Positions 28,731 through 39,595 of a stretch of DNA of 64,000 nt are shown piece by piece. Position 1 is the first letter of the stretch, and each line of letters begins with the position of its first letter. Made by a program: the position numbers and the translations under genes. Source of the stretch: Candidatus Poribacteria bacterium (lineage in GTDB: Bacteria > Poribacteria > WGA-4E > JAJDTR01). The notes below the pieces were generated by a model. That model was not told where the DNA came from. It saw only the letters and a list, made by a program, of their open reading frames with translations, and ran no database searches. Where the stretch lies: positions 4,896,001 to 4,960,000 of the forward strand of contig CBDCTK010000002.1 of assembly GCA_965222225.1 (NCBI GenBank). Reading direction: 5' to 3'.

Positions 28731-31205
28731 CTAGTCAATGGGAATCGTTCCATTCGCCGAAGAAGAGGAAGATTGATTCATGTCTCCCGATGAATCACGT
28801 TTCAAAGTGAGGTAGAAACGACTGCCTTTACCAATTTCGCTTTTCGCCCAGATTTGACCACCGTGCAGTTCGACTAGATTCTTGACAATCGGCAATCCTA
28901 AACCGATTCCACCGACAGAACCGCTTTTGGAATTAGTTGCCCGGTGAAAGCGATCAAAAATGAAGTTCACATCCGTGTCGGGAATGCCCACTCCCGTATC
29001 TTCAATACACACTTGGATTTCTTGCTTGGATGGAACTGCGACACTCACTTGAATGCGTCCGTCATGTCCGGTATATTTGACGCCGTTATCCAGCAGATTC
29101 GTCAAGATCTGTTTCATCTTGTCAGTGTCCACCAATGCGATGACATCGGGAGGGCAGTCGAGTCTAACACAAATCCCTTTCTGACTTGCCGCCGATTGCA
29201 TCCCGTCAACCGCTTCCTCAAGAATGGGTCGAAGCTGGAGCGGTTCTAGCTGCAGCGTCATCTTTCCCGACTCGATGCGTGAAAGGTCGAGCAAGTCGTT
29301 GATGAGTCGAATCAATCGATCGCAATTTTCCTCCACACGTAGCAAATAATCCTCTTGTTTTTCCGAAATCTTGCCTCCAACACCATCTAGCATGTTATCC
29401 ACAAAACCCTTAATATGCGTTAATGGGGTTCGGAGTTCATGAGAGACGTTGTCGAGAAACTGAGATTTGAGACGGTCCAACTGCATAAGTTGGTCGTGAC
29501 TATCTTTGAGGGCATCGGAAATATTGTTGAAATCTGAAACAAGATCCTTGCCCATTTCATTTCCAAACCAAGTTTCAGATTGCCCATTAGCTGGCATTAT
29601 ACCCCCGTAAGTATTTAGGTAGGTCGCCATCAATTGCTTGCGTGCCTGCTCCATCGCCTCTGTCCGAGCGTTCAACTGGGCGTACAGCGTTGCGTTTTCG
29701 ACTGCCGTGGCGCCTTGATGCGCGAGAATCCCAAGCAGGTCGAGATCCGATTGGGTGTAAGGTTCTTCCGATAGTTTCTCGCCGAGCACAAGCAGTCCAA
29801 CAAGATTTTCTTGATTTTTCGTTCGCGTCACAAAAGGAATCCACACCGCAGAGCCCAGCAGAGATAGAAGATTGTCTGATGAAGCGTCCGAAGGTGCCTC
29901 TATATTGAGTATTTCAATGCTATTCTCATCAAATGGTATGTTTGTAAAATCGAGAGGTTTTTTCGTGCTTTTCAACAAATCTACCAATGGTTGCGACAAC
30001 CTCAGATGTGTTCCGGTAGGTAGCATTTCCATACCGACATATGCCTCGGGCAAAAATTGCGACTCATCGGAAGACGTCCGCTGCATCAAAACACCTCGAC
30101 TAATATGCATCGCTTCGGTTACTTGTCGCAAGAGAGTGTAAACGAGGATTTCCAAGTCGAGGATGGAATGAAGCGTCTGGCTCAATGTTAAAAGCGTCTG
30201 GCGGTAATTGTATGCTTCACGGTCAAATGCACGATCTATCAGCTTCTGAATACGAGTCTTGGCGGGCGCAAAAAGCAGTGCGGCTGTGAGCACGGATACC
30301 GCGGTCAACGCCCATGAACGGGTCGGCCTATGGAAAAACAGTGTTAAGCCTTGAATACACAACAGATAGATGACTAACGCGAAACCGCTTACCAGCGTGT
30401 AAACCACGCTCCGATTGATGATTAACTCGATATTCATCAACCGGTGTCGAATGATTGCGACGACGTAGCATGTTGGAATTAAGCACAGCGTGTAGGCAGA
30501 GAACCGTACAGAGGGAATTGAAATGTCCGTTACTCTAGGTATAGCTAGGAAGATTGCTTGTGGTAGTGTGCCGGCAACGATTCCAAGTAACAACCATCGC
30601 GCTTGGCGGCGTTGAGACGCCGAGGGTGCCGCGAAACACGTATGCAATAGTAACAGTTGCCCAATAGTCGAATAGAGGAAAAGAAAACCGACCGCAACAC
30701 CTTCCAAGGACGGAAGTTGTATGAGAAAAAACTCTCGATCGTAGTTTTGTCCGCTGAAGTAGAGAAACGTCATGGCGAAGACAAGGACAACACCCGGTAC
30801 GTAAAGAATTTTCAACAACCATGTGTGGTGCTGAACTATACGCTTCTCTGATGGGAAGATGGCAAAGCAGTGGAGAAAAAGGCAGGGCAGAATGGCTGCC
30901 GCGACAAATTGCGCAATTGGCACAATTCGACTACTTAACGTTCCTTCATTGACAGAGAATGTTGCGTCAACGGAGCAGGCGCTCATGAAGCCCAGACTCA
31001 TCAGGTAGGAAATTCGTGCAGCACGATTGTCAGGCTGCTGCATCCACGCGAGCGCTGCCACCACCCAAGTGAGGAGCCCGACTAGATAAAAATAGCTTGT
31101 TTCAGGAGTATCGCGTGCTTCGGCGAAGCTCCGTGTCCCGACGATGAGGTAGACGCCGGAAGCGGCAATGTAGAATACGGTGGTAAGATCGCGTTGGATT
31201 TTCAT
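28731..31205 (-). CDS. Membrane sensor histidine kinase (multi-TM, GAF, HisKA, HATPase)
   Basis: H-box VSHELRTPL, N-box NLLDNGVKY, DTGVGI and GLGLPIV; GAF-like segment LVGLLVLGEK. Confidence 0.93.
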   Translation of the reverse strand: MKIQRDLTTVFYIAASGVYLIVGTRSFAEARDTPETSYFYLVGLLTWVVAALAWMQQPDNRAARISYLMSLGFMSACSVDATFSVNEGTLSSRIVPIAQFVAAAILPCLFLHCFAIFPSEKRIVQHHTWLLKILYVPGVVLVFAMTFLYFSGQNYDREFFLIQLPSLEGVAVGFLFLYSTIGQLLLLHTCFAAPSASQRRQARWLLLGIVAGTLPQAIFLAIPRVTDISIPSVRFSAYTLCLIPTCYVVAIIRHRLMNIELIINRSVVYTLVSGFALVIYLLCIQGLTLFFHRPTRSWALTAVSVLTAALLFAPAKTRIQKLIDRAFDREAYNYRQTLLTLSQTLHSILDLEILVYTLLRQVTEAMHISRGVLMQRTSSDESQFLPEAYVGMEMLPTGTHLRLSQPLVDLLKSTKKPLDFTNIPFDENSIEILNIEAPSDASSDNLLSLLGSAVWIPFVTRTKNQENLVGLLVLGEKLSEEPYTQSDLDLLGILAHQGATAVENATLYAQLNARTEAMEQARKQLMATYLNTYGGIMPANGQSETWFGNEMGKDLVSDFNNISDALKDSHDQLMQLDRLKSQFLDNVSHELRTPLTHIKGFVDNMLDGVGGKISEKQEDYLLRVEENCDRLIRLINDLLDLSRIESGKMTLQLEPLQLRPILEEAVDGMQSAASQKGICVRLDCPPDVIALVDTDKMKQILTNLLDNGVKYTGHDGRIQVSVAVPSKQEIQVCIEDTGVGIPDTDVNFIFDRFHRATNSKSGSVGGIGLGLPIVKNLVELHGGQIWAKSEIGKGSRFYLTLKRDSSGDMNQSSSSSANGTIPID

Positions 31206-31335
31206 CGCGAAGTTTCGGAGGGTATAGAATCAGCTAGTGTAACTTTCGTTTCTTTACATCAGTACATCTACTTGTCGGTTTATTATGATTAGGTAAATAT
31301 TCTTGAAAAGATTATCTTTTATGCGTCAATTCACA

Positions 31336-32127
31336 TCACGTTTCGATATCTTGTATAAACGCCCGTGTTTGCGGCACGTCGTCTGTCCACAATCTTCGAA
31401 TTCCATTCTTCAGTGCCCACTCAACATCACGCCGGTTCCGAACGAATCCGCCTTCTATGGAGATTCCTTCCGCGTTGAGTTGCCCAACTTTTCGAGGCAG
31501 CGACCGAGTGATCAGGTTGTATAAAGCAAAATGATTCAAGCCGCTCCATCCGATAATAATTCGGTTTGCGTTGATGAGTTTGGCGGATCTGAGAAAATTT
31601 GCCATTGGATTGAGAATAATCGCACTTGTATTGATATTGGGCGCGATTTGCTTGACGTGAGTTAGCACCTGCCGGTGCATATAAAACGTCAACACACTTA
31701 TCTTATCTTCAAGGTTAAATCGCTGTATCCGATCTACCAAAATAGAGGTGAGTTTTTCCGAGCTGCATTTCGGCTCTACGAAGCAGGGCAGCCCTGTCTC
31801 TTCAACAAACGCCAACATTTGGTCGAGGTGTGCCACGGGCTGCTTCGAATCCAGTACATTGAGATTCTGAACATCTACCCAGTCCAATTCACGAAGCGGC
31901 GTCGCACAGCCCGTCACCGGTTCAATGTTGTCATCGTCGAACTTCGCGTGAATTAGAATCGGCACCTCGTCCCGCGTTAGACAGACATCGCACTCGAAGG
32001 CGTCTGCCCCGTCATCAAGCGTTTTTTGAAACGCGGAGATAGTATTTTCGGGAGCGCGCCCCATCCCGCCGCGATGGGCAAGTATCTTGACATCTGTCTG
32101 CATTTTTTGTTGATTACTATAGGTCAT
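31336..32127 (-). CDS. Glycerophosphodiester phosphodiesterase family protein
   Basis: ILAHRGG, PENTISAF, ECDV and WTDD. Confidence 0.88.
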   Translation of the reverse strand: MTYSNQQKMQTDVKILAHRGGMGRAPENTISAFQKTLDDGADAFECDVCLTRDEVPILIHAKFDDDNIEPVTGCATPLRELDWVDVQNLNVLDSKQPVAHLDQMLAFVEETGLPCFVEPKCSSEKLTSILVDRIQRFNLEDKISVLTFYMHRQVLTHVKQIAPNINTSAIILNPMANFLRSAKLINANRIIIGWSGLNHFALYNLITRSLPRKVGQLNAEGISIEGGFVRNRRDVEWALKNGIRRLWTDDVPQTRAFIQDIET

Positions 32128-32187
32128 CCGAGGGGATATTACTCTCCCGGGATGTTATGCTATTCTGTATTGTAGAAGTTTCGCGGT

Positions 32188-33228
32188 TTACGGTTGGCAG
32201 ACATGCACCTTGATTGACCCCGATTGCTTGTCTGCGGCGGTCTTGAATGCTTCGGCAATCTCCATCAGTGGAAAGCGGTGCGTTACCAGTTTCTTTGCGT
32301 CAACCTTCCCCGAGTCGATCAGTTCTATGGCGGCTTCAAAGTCTGTTTCCATCCCGCTGAAACCGTAGCAGCTAGAACCAGTGACAGTTGCTTCTGACCA
32401 GACAACTCGGGAAAGATTCACTTCGAGCGGCTTAAAATATCCTGCGACAAGAACAACGAAACCACATGGCCGCACCATCGCCATCGCAGCGTCAAAATTC
32501 TGACCGCCCCCCACAGTCTCTATCACGGCGTCCATGCCTAGACCACCAGTGATATCGTCGACGTATTTCGCAACATCGGTCTCGCGAACGTTCACAATGT
32601 GATCTGCCCCAAATTCCTTGGCTAGTTGCGCCTGTCGCTCATATTTCACGGTAATTAACGTCTCCTTAGCGCCGACTGCAATCGCATCGGCCAAGCAGAG
32701 CTGACCAATTGTCCCACCGCCTATTATTGCGACAGTGCTCCGGGCGTTGACATTTGCCCGTGCCACAGCTCGATGTGAAACCGCGAGTGGTTCAACGAGC
32801 GTTCCATCTTCAAAACTCATGTAATCAGGCAATTTGAATAATCCTGATTCATGAAGGATAGTATATTCGGCGAATCCGCCATGTGCTTCATGTGAGATCC
32901 ACTTTCTTGCTTTACAGTGATTATAATGGCCCTTTCGGCAGAAAACGCATTTTCCGCAGTGTGAGAAACATTCAGCCGTAGCCTTATCGCCGACTTTGAA
33001 CTTGGTGACACCCTCGCCCAGCTCTGTAACGACACCGCACGTCTCATGGCCGGCTGCCAACGTATCAGACTGTGGCCACTCGCCAAAATAACTGTGAAGA
33101 TCGCTTCCGCAGACTCCGGTCTGCTTGGTATCTAGTACGATATAGCCCGGTGCCGGTTTAATCCAGTCAACCTCCCGAATCCCAATTTTCTCAACCCCTG
33201 AGTAAATCGCCGCTTTCATCTTGTTCAT
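32188..33228 (-). CDS. Zinc-dependent alcohol/sugar dehydrogenase (MDR family)
   Basis: CGSDLH, GHE, CGKCVFC...C and GGGTIG. Confidence 0.94.
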   Translation of the reverse strand: MNKMKAAIYSGVEKIGIREVDWIKPAPGYIVLDTKQTGVCGSDLHSYFGEWPQSDTLAAGHETCGVVTELGEGVTKFKVGDKATAECFSHCGKCVFCRKGHYNHCKARKWISHEAHGGFAEYTILHESGLFKLPDYMSFEDGTLVEPLAVSHRAVARANVNARSTVAIIGGGTIGQLCLADAIAVGAKETLITVKYERQAQLAKEFGADHIVNVRETDVAKYVDDITGGLGMDAVIETVGGGQNFDAAMAMVRPCGFVVLVAGYFKPLEVNLSRVVWSEATVTGSSCYGFSGMETDFEAAIELIDSGKVDAKKLVTHRFPLMEIAEAFKTAADKQSGSIKVHVCQP

Positions 33229-33326
33229 GGAAGTGTCCCCTCTCATAAGCGCGTTAAGTGGCATTCGCGTCGTTTGGATTATATCAAGAGTAGAAATGGT
33301 TTGCAATCATTTTCCAAAGAATCGCG

Positions 33327-33356
33327 TTGACATAATTGTTTCATACCTGCTATTCT
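33327..33356 (+). promoter_or_regulatory. sigma70-type promoter
   Basis: TTGACA-N18-TATTCT with an extended TG. Confidence 0.45.
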
Positions 33357-33481
33357 TCCGTAAGTCGCGCATTTGGGTTCGACCTCCCATTATTGTTGAA
33401 CATCATCTGGAAGCGTCAAAGATGAACCAATCCAAATCGGATGAGGACGGACCGATAACTGGTGAGCGAGAGGGAAATTTC

Positions 33482-35482
33482 ATGCAAACAAAGCTCGTAC
33501 CTATTCGAATGGTAATTGCAGCAATACTATTGCTATTCACATGCTTGGCTTATGGTCAAGGACGGCTTGCTACTGTTTATCTAAAAAACGGAGACCGTCT
33601 TACAGGACACTGGCTGGCATCTGACGACACGGTGGTTCACATCGCTTTTCAAGAGAAAAAACTTAAAATTGATTTAGACGTAATCTCGACAATTCGTTTC
33701 GCTACAGATTTAAGTCTTGTCCCTGACGCTCAAGCCGAGAAACATTTTCGTAACGCTAAGGCGTTGTTGGAGCTAGGACTACACGAGAAGGCTAAAAGAC
33801 AATTCGAGGCGGCAATCGAAGAATTTCCAAAGTATGCTGATGCGCACTATAATCTTGGGCTACTGCTCAAAGAGGCTGGAGCTATTGATGAAGCATTGGG
33901 CTATTTTGGGCGGGTTGCCAAGATTGCCCCACATTCCTACAATCTTGCCGAGGATATCAAGACTGCAGCAGATAGTTATCTTGCAGCGGAAGCATTCCGC
34001 AAGGCTGCCGATGCATACGTACTTATATTTAATCACTATCCAACTCACTCGGAGGCTGAACATGCGGGCTATACAGCTGGATTCATATTGACGGAGCAGT
34101 TGCAGGAGACTGCTGAAGCGTTGAAAATCCTGCAAGAAGCGACGCAGCGCTTCCCCGAATCGGGCGATTTGGAAAAAGCAAAGTATTTCATTGGAGTGTT
34201 GCAGTCAAGGATTGGACAACCACAGATTGCGGTGGAAACGCTAACCACCTTTATGCAAGAACACCCGGACAGCGAATGGCTCGATGATGCTTATCTTGCC
34301 CGAGGCTCCGTATATCAGCAACTTCGTATGAACAAAGAAGCTCTTGATGATTTCTCCGTAGCTAATGCAATTACAACTGATCCGCGGTTGATACCCATTA
34401 TACAGAAGAAGCGCGAAGAATGTGCATGGACGATATACACCGTGTCGGACAATCTCCCAAGCAATAATATCCAAGCCATCGCGGTTAGTGGAAATGATTT
34501 GTGGGTGGGAACCCCCAAAGGGTTGGCAAGAGTCGACATAGGTCTCGGTAGGTGGCAACTGCGTCCTGAGAACGGAATTGAACTAATCAATGGGCTCAAC
34601 CCGAACGTACCAACCAATGTGCGCGCGTTAGCAGTCTACGCGCCAACTATTGAAGTGCCAAGCCCTATTGGAAATGATGAAAGTTCTCCACCTGTGATCG
34701 AAGAAGTGGACGAGGACATTGAAGTGTGGATCGGAACACTAAATCAAGGTGTAATCCGTTATAACCCGGCGGCAGGTATAACCCACGTCAATTACAACAC
34801 ACTGAACGGGTTGCCGCACAATCAAATCTTCGACATTGAGTTTGGTTCTGACGACGTGTGGGTCGCTACGTTTTCCGGAGTTGCTCGATATTCTCGGTCA
34901 AACGATGAATGGATAGTCTATGATCGGACGACTGATGGACTTCCCGCTGACAACATTGTCGCGTTGGCTGTCACGCCGGAATCCGTCTGGGCAGGCACTT
35001 CAGACGCCGGAATCGCTATTTTTGACCTGGTATATGATCCATCATGGCGTAGCTCAAACTTGCACGATATGGTTCCCGAAGTTGGCGGCAATTCATTTGC
35101 AAGTTTCGATGTCGGTGGTCAAAGTGTGTTTTTCACTTGGTATAGTCAAGAGGAAAAAGAGAACGGATATGCCGAAGTCGACTGGAAGGGCCTACAAGGG
35201 ATGGGGATGCCGGTCGTTCAAACGGATATTGTACCTATTGAAGATATATATATTGCAGTCGGGCAAGCCGACGCCATGATGACATCGCCGCCATTGTGGA
35301 TTGCTACCAACGATGCCGTGTTTTTCAAGTCTGAGAGCGGGTGGGATTCGATTGGTTACCCCGTGGGCCAAATTGGAGATACAGTCACAGTCAATTGTAT
35401 TGAGCTGGGTAATGAGACCGCTTGGATAGGCACTTCTAACGGACTCGCGAAAATCGACACTAACGCGGTCGGCACACGATGA
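33482..35482 (+). CDS. Secreted TPR-repeat plus beta-propeller (two-component regulator propeller-like) protein
   Basis: Signal peptide; TPR/BamD-like repeats (AHYNLGLL, ERFPES-like helices); propeller repeats GLPHNQIFDI, GLPADNIVAL and WIGTSNGL. Confidence 0.8.
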   Translation: MQTKLVPIRMVIAAILLLFTCLAYGQGRLATVYLKNGDRLTGHWLASDDTVVHIAFQEKKLKIDLDVISTIRFATDLSLVPDAQAEKHFRNAKALLELGLHEKAKRQFEAAIEEFPKYADAHYNLGLLLKEAGAIDEALGYFGRVAKIAPHSYNLAEDIKTAADSYLAAEAFRKAADAYVLIFNHYPTHSEAEHAGYTAGFILTEQLQETAEALKILQEATQRFPESGDLEKAKYFIGVLQSRIGQPQIAVETLTTFMQEHPDSEWLDDAYLARGSVYQQLRMNKEALDDFSVANAITTDPRLIPIIQKKREECAWTIYTVSDNLPSNNIQAIAVSGNDLWVGTPKGLARVDIGLGRWQLRPENGIELINGLNPNVPTNVRALAVYAPTIEVPSPIGNDESSPPVIEEVDEDIEVWIGTLNQGVIRYNPAAGITHVNYNTLNGLPHNQIFDIEFGSDDVWVATFSGVARYSRSNDEWIVYDRTTDGLPADNIVALAVTPESVWAGTSDAGIAIFDLVYDPSWRSSNLHDMVPEVGGNSFASFDVGGQSVFFTWYSQEEKENGYAEVDWKGLQGMGMPVVQTDIVPIEDIYIAVGQADAMMTSPPLWIATNDAVFFKSESGWDSIGYPVGQIGDTVTVNCIELGNETAWIGTSNGLAKIDTNAVGTR

Positions 35483-36117
35483 AGTTAACAGGCTTCTCGC
35501 TCACGCCGAATCATTTCGCGCGAATTGATGAGACTGCCGATTCCCTCTTTTACAATGTTCCCCGCATTGTTACCCACATTGATGATAATGGGATTAGGTC
35601 GATTCAAGCGTTTCTCGAATCCCAGCTTCCGAAGTATGCGACAATCCTGGATCTTATGAGTAGCGCATTCTCGCATTTGCCTGATGGATTTCCGTGTCAA
35701 CGAGCGGTCGGATTGGGATTAAACGAGGTCGAACTTCAAGCAAATCAAGTGCTCGATGAGTATGTAATCCACGATCTCAACGTTGAGCCAAACCTTCCGT
35801 TTACCGATGCAGAATTTGCTGGCGTCCTTGTGATCGCTTCGGTGCAATACCTCACGAAACCGGTGAAAGTCTTTCGTGAAGTACAGCGAATACTACAACC
35901 GAATGGGTCGTTCATCGTCATCTTCTCTAACCGGATGTTCGCGACGAAGGCGGTAGCCATCTGGCGCATGACCTCCGATGAAGGACATGTTGACCTCGTG
36001 ACACATTATTTCTATCAAGCTGGCGGTTTTCAAAAAATTACATTCTTGGATAAGACGCCGCCTGTAGAGGCGTATACTGATCCTGTCTACATCGTCATGG
36101 CGAGAAAACAATTGTGA
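35479..36117 (+). CDS. SAM-dependent methyltransferase (type 11-like)
   Basis: FYNVPRIVTHIDD, LDLMSS, HDLN and FSNRMF. Confidence 0.88.
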   Translation: MKLTGFSLTPNHFARIDETADSLFYNVPRIVTHIDDNGIRSIQAFLESQLPKYATILDLMSSAFSHLPDGFPCQRAVGLGLNEVELQANQVLDEYVIHDLNVEPNLPFTDAEFAGVLVIASVQYLTKPVKVFREVQRILQPNGSFIVIFSNRMFATKAVAIWRMTSDEGHVDLVTHYFYQAGGFQKITFLDKTPPVEAYTDPVYIVMARKQL

Positions 36118-36187
36118 CGCTGGCATCGGTAACTTGTACTTGCACCATCGCCGGTTGAATGAGAGTCAAACATAAGGGGCATGAATC

Positions 36188-37278
36188 TTGACTGCACAGA
36201 ATCGGGGAAATTCACGCGTTTATATCGGCACGTACACTTGGAACGAGAGCGAAGGCATTTACGTCTACCGCCTTGACAGTTCATCAGGTACCTTGACGTA
36301 TGAAAGTAAAGCAACTGGTTTGGAGAATCCGACTTTCTTAGCCGTTGAACCTCAAGGGCGCTGTCTTTCCGCGGTAAGTGAGATTCATGCGTTTGAGGGA
36401 CAACCTGGTGGGGTGGTGAGTGCCTTTGGGATTAACCCGACCACCGGCGAACTGACTTATCTCAACCGTCAGCCATCAGGTGGTGCCGAACCGTGCCATT
36501 TAAGCGTAGATGCAACCGGAAAATATGTGCTCGTTGCAAATTATACTGGGGGGAGTGTGGCAGTGTTCCCCATACGGGAGAATGGAGAACTGGGTGAAAT
36601 CTGCGATCTCGTTCATCATGAAGGATCTAGCGTTAACGAAGAACGACAGACAAGTCCGCACCCGCATTCAGTGATGATAGATCCGACGAACCGTTATGTT
36701 TTCGTTCCCGATCTCGGAATTGACAACGTCATGATTTACAAGCTTGATTTGGTTAACGGCAAGCTAATCCCTAATGCCCAGGCTTCGGTTCAGGTCCAAG
36801 CCGGAGCAGGTCCCCGCCATTTCGATTTCCATCCAGTTTTTGATATGCTTATCTTATAAATGAACTCGACTGCACACTTACCGCGTTTGCCTACGAAGAA
36901 TCCAGCGGATCGCTGAAGGAATTCCAGACAGTCTCAACATTGCCAGACGATTTTGAAGGAGTGAGTCACTGCGCGGACGTGCACGTCCACCCATCGGGTA
37001 AATTCGTTTATGGTTCAAATCGCGGTCATGATAGCATTGCGATGTTTCGTATTGCCGAAGAAACGGGAACGCTTACATATCTGGGATGCGAGTCAACTCA
37101 GGGCAAGACACCGCGAAATTTTGCATTGGACTCGGAAGGCGGTTTTCTTTATGCAGCCAACCACGATTCGGACAATATCGTCACATTCCAAATTGACGAA
37201 GAAACCGGCAGGCTCATATCAACAGGTGTGGTCGCAAACGCGCCGACGGCTTCTTGTTTGAAAATTATCTCGTCATAA
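36188..37278 (+). pseudogene. pgl: 6-phosphogluconolactonase (Pgl/YbhE lactonase family), frameshifted at ~36841
   Basis: YIGTYT, PCHL, HPHS and GPRH in the first frame; YAYLINELD, SNRGHDS and PRNF continue in the -1 frame. Confidence 0.85.
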
Positions 37279-37456
37279 CTTGGCTATTGAACATAATTCT
37301 AACTGCGGAGAGACTCAACTCAGGAGAAATAGCGTGTGGTTGATTGAGGCAAGACGGAGGTATGTCCCTACAGATTCACATAACTACACATCAAATTCCT
37401 ACTAAGCTTTTCTTAAAATGTTTGCTACATATTCGATCAAAGGAGATTCAAAGTTA

Positions 37457-38647
37457 ATGACTACAGCTGAAATCAAAGAGATGGCAACCACATATATCAT
37501 GAATACCTACGGTGAGCGCGATTTGGCGTTTGTGCGTGGGGAAGGTCCCTATTTATGGGATGCGGATGGGAAGAAATATCTCGATTTTCTTGGCGGTCTG
37601 GCGGTTAACGGTTTGGGGCATTGTCATCCGAATGTCGTTGCCGCGATTCGGGAGCAGGCAGGCAAGTTGCTACATGTTTCTAATCTATATTACATTGAAC
37701 CGCAGGCCAAATTAGCGAAACTACTCATTGATAATTCTGATTTGGATCAGTGTTTCTTCTGTAATAGCGGTGCGGAAGCGAATGAAGCGGCAATAAAACT
37801 GGCGAGAAAGTATGCCACGGATCGAGGCAAGGCACACGCTCACGAAATCATTACAATGGAGAATTCGTTCCATGGGCGCACAATGGCGACTATCACTGCG
37901 ACTGCACAGACAAAATATCACAAGGGATTTGAACCAATGCTTCCCGGATTTACCTATGTTCCGTTCGATGATTTGGAGGCAACGGAAGCCGCGGTCAATG
38001 AGAATACGTGCGCGATCCTTGTAGAGGCAATTCAGTCCGAAGGCGGTGTCAATGTTCCGAGCGAAGACTATATTCAGGGATTGCGTAGCATATGTGACGC
38101 GCACGGTTTGCTTCTCATTCTTGATGAGGTTCAGACGGCAATGGGCCGTCTTGGAACCTTCTTCGGTTATCAGAGCTACGGGGTGGTGCCCGATGTTTTG
38201 ACAATGGCAAAATCTCTCGGTGGAGGTGTCCCGATTGGTGCCATGCTTGCGAATAAGCATATAGCGGACAGCTTCGTCCCGGGTACGCATGCGGCGACGT
38301 TTGGAGGCAACCCACTGGTCACGACTGCCGCATGTGCATCTATCCAGACAATTCTTGACGAAAATCTCGCTGCAAATGCCATCGAAATGGGAAACTATTT
38401 GGCATACGAAATATCACAACTCAAAGACAAATGTCCGATCGTAGAAGTGCGAGGCAAAGGTTTATTGCGTGGATTGGTGATGTCTGTCGATGCTAAACCA
38501 CTTGCCGCGAAATGCGCAGATAACGGTTTAATCACAATTTGTACCAACGATTACGTACTCCGGTTTCTGCCGCCACTCAATATCACGATTAGCCACGTTG
38601 ATGAAGCAGTCGCGATTCTTGAGAGGTCAATGGCTGAGGTATTTTAA
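37457..38647 (+). CDS. argD: Acetylornithine aminotransferase
   Basis: NSGAEANE, FHGRT, DEVQT, AKSLGGG and TFGGNPL. Confidence 0.93.
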   Translation: MTTAEIKEMATTYIMNTYGERDLAFVRGEGPYLWDADGKKYLDFLGGLAVNGLGHCHPNVVAAIREQAGKLLHVSNLYYIEPQAKLAKLLIDNSDLDQCFFCNSGAEANEAAIKLARKYATDRGKAHAHEIITMENSFHGRTMATITATAQTKYHKGFEPMLPGFTYVPFDDLEATEAAVNENTCAILVEAIQSEGGVNVPSEDYIQGLRSICDAHGLLLILDEVQTAMGRLGTFFGYQSYGVVPDVLTMAKSLGGGVPIGAMLANKHIADSFVPGTHAATFGGNPLVTTAACASIQTILDENLAANAIEMGNYLAYEISQLKDKCPIVEVRGKGLLRGLVMSVDAKPLAAKCADNGLITICTNDYVLRFLPPLNITISHVDEAVAILERSMAEVF

Positions 38648-38650
38648 CGT

Positions 38651-39529
38651 GTGGAGTCAGGTTGGATTGACAGGATGAATCATACGGCATCACGGATTGC
38701 CTTTCATGTTTCACGTTCCCATAACTGTGTCGTGATAATTGTTTTTCTTATTTCAACCTTGGTTGGTTGTGGTAGCAAAACGGTCAAATTATCTCCTGCT
38801 GACAGAGAGTTGTTGAATCCTATCCTCACCCGCCTTCAATTAAACTATGACCTCACATCAACAGTACGAATCCTACAGATGGTTGTAACCATTGAAGACA
38901 AGGACAATAAAGAGGAGCTTCGAGAATCACTTTGGTATAAGCGTTCATTGAAAGACGGCGATTTTCTCCACATACAAGCGCTGGGCCCATTGAACGAACC
39001 ACGAGTGATTGCTATCGCTGCCAGAGACCACCTCCTGCTCTACTTTGCCAATGAGCAGGAAGCAATCTTTGAACGCCTAGAAGATGGGGTGTTAAGAGAG
39101 GTTTTCGGTATGGATTTAAGAATCTCGGATGTTCGCAGTGCCATTTTTGCAAATCCCTTCCTTGATGGACGTACGAACGAATTGGTGTTGGCATCCTCTG
39201 GTGCCAAGTATGTGGTGAAACGCCCGGGAGTCAAATCCGGGCACCTGGAAGAGATTACCGTCCTAGTACGAGATGGTGGACCCGCTGTTAGCCATTGGAA
39301 GATTCGAGATCAGGATGAGAACATAATTCAGCGAGTCGAATTTTCCGATTATCGCGATGTAGGTGGAGTACTCCGCCCTCACCGTGTCGAGATTGAACGT
39401 CCAAAAGAGCACACGCGCGTCGTATTGAAGATTATCAAGCCAGAAATTAATGTTGAGATTAATGACAGCAAATTTGACTTCAAGCCATTTCTCACAGAAT
39501 CTACAACGATTCGGACGCTTCAGAAGTGA
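38651..39529 (+). CDS. Lipoprotein, LolA/LolB-like (DUF4292-like); start uncertain
   Basis: Lipobox LVGC, beta-rich body, C-terminal NVEINDSKF; position upstream of ispE mirrors lolB-ispE. Confidence 0.6.
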   Translation: MESGWIDRMNHTASRIAFHVSRSHNCVVIIVFLISTLVGCGSKTVKLSPADRELLNPILTRLQLNYDLTSTVRILQMVVTIEDKDNKEELRESLWYKRSLKDGDFLHIQALGPLNEPRVIAIAARDHLLLYFANEQEAIFERLEDGVLREVFGMDLRISDVRSAIFANPFLDGRTNELVLASSGAKYVVKRPGVKSGHLEEITVLVRDGGPAVSHWKIRDQDENIIQRVEFSDYRDVGGVLRPHRVEIERPKEHTRVVLKIIKPEINVEINDSKFDFKPFLTESTTIRTLQK

Positions 39530-39595
39530 CGGTGTAGGTCGAAGCAATTTTCTTGTCGGCCTTTCCGCTAGCCAACGCAGCATTTCCCCACCGCC

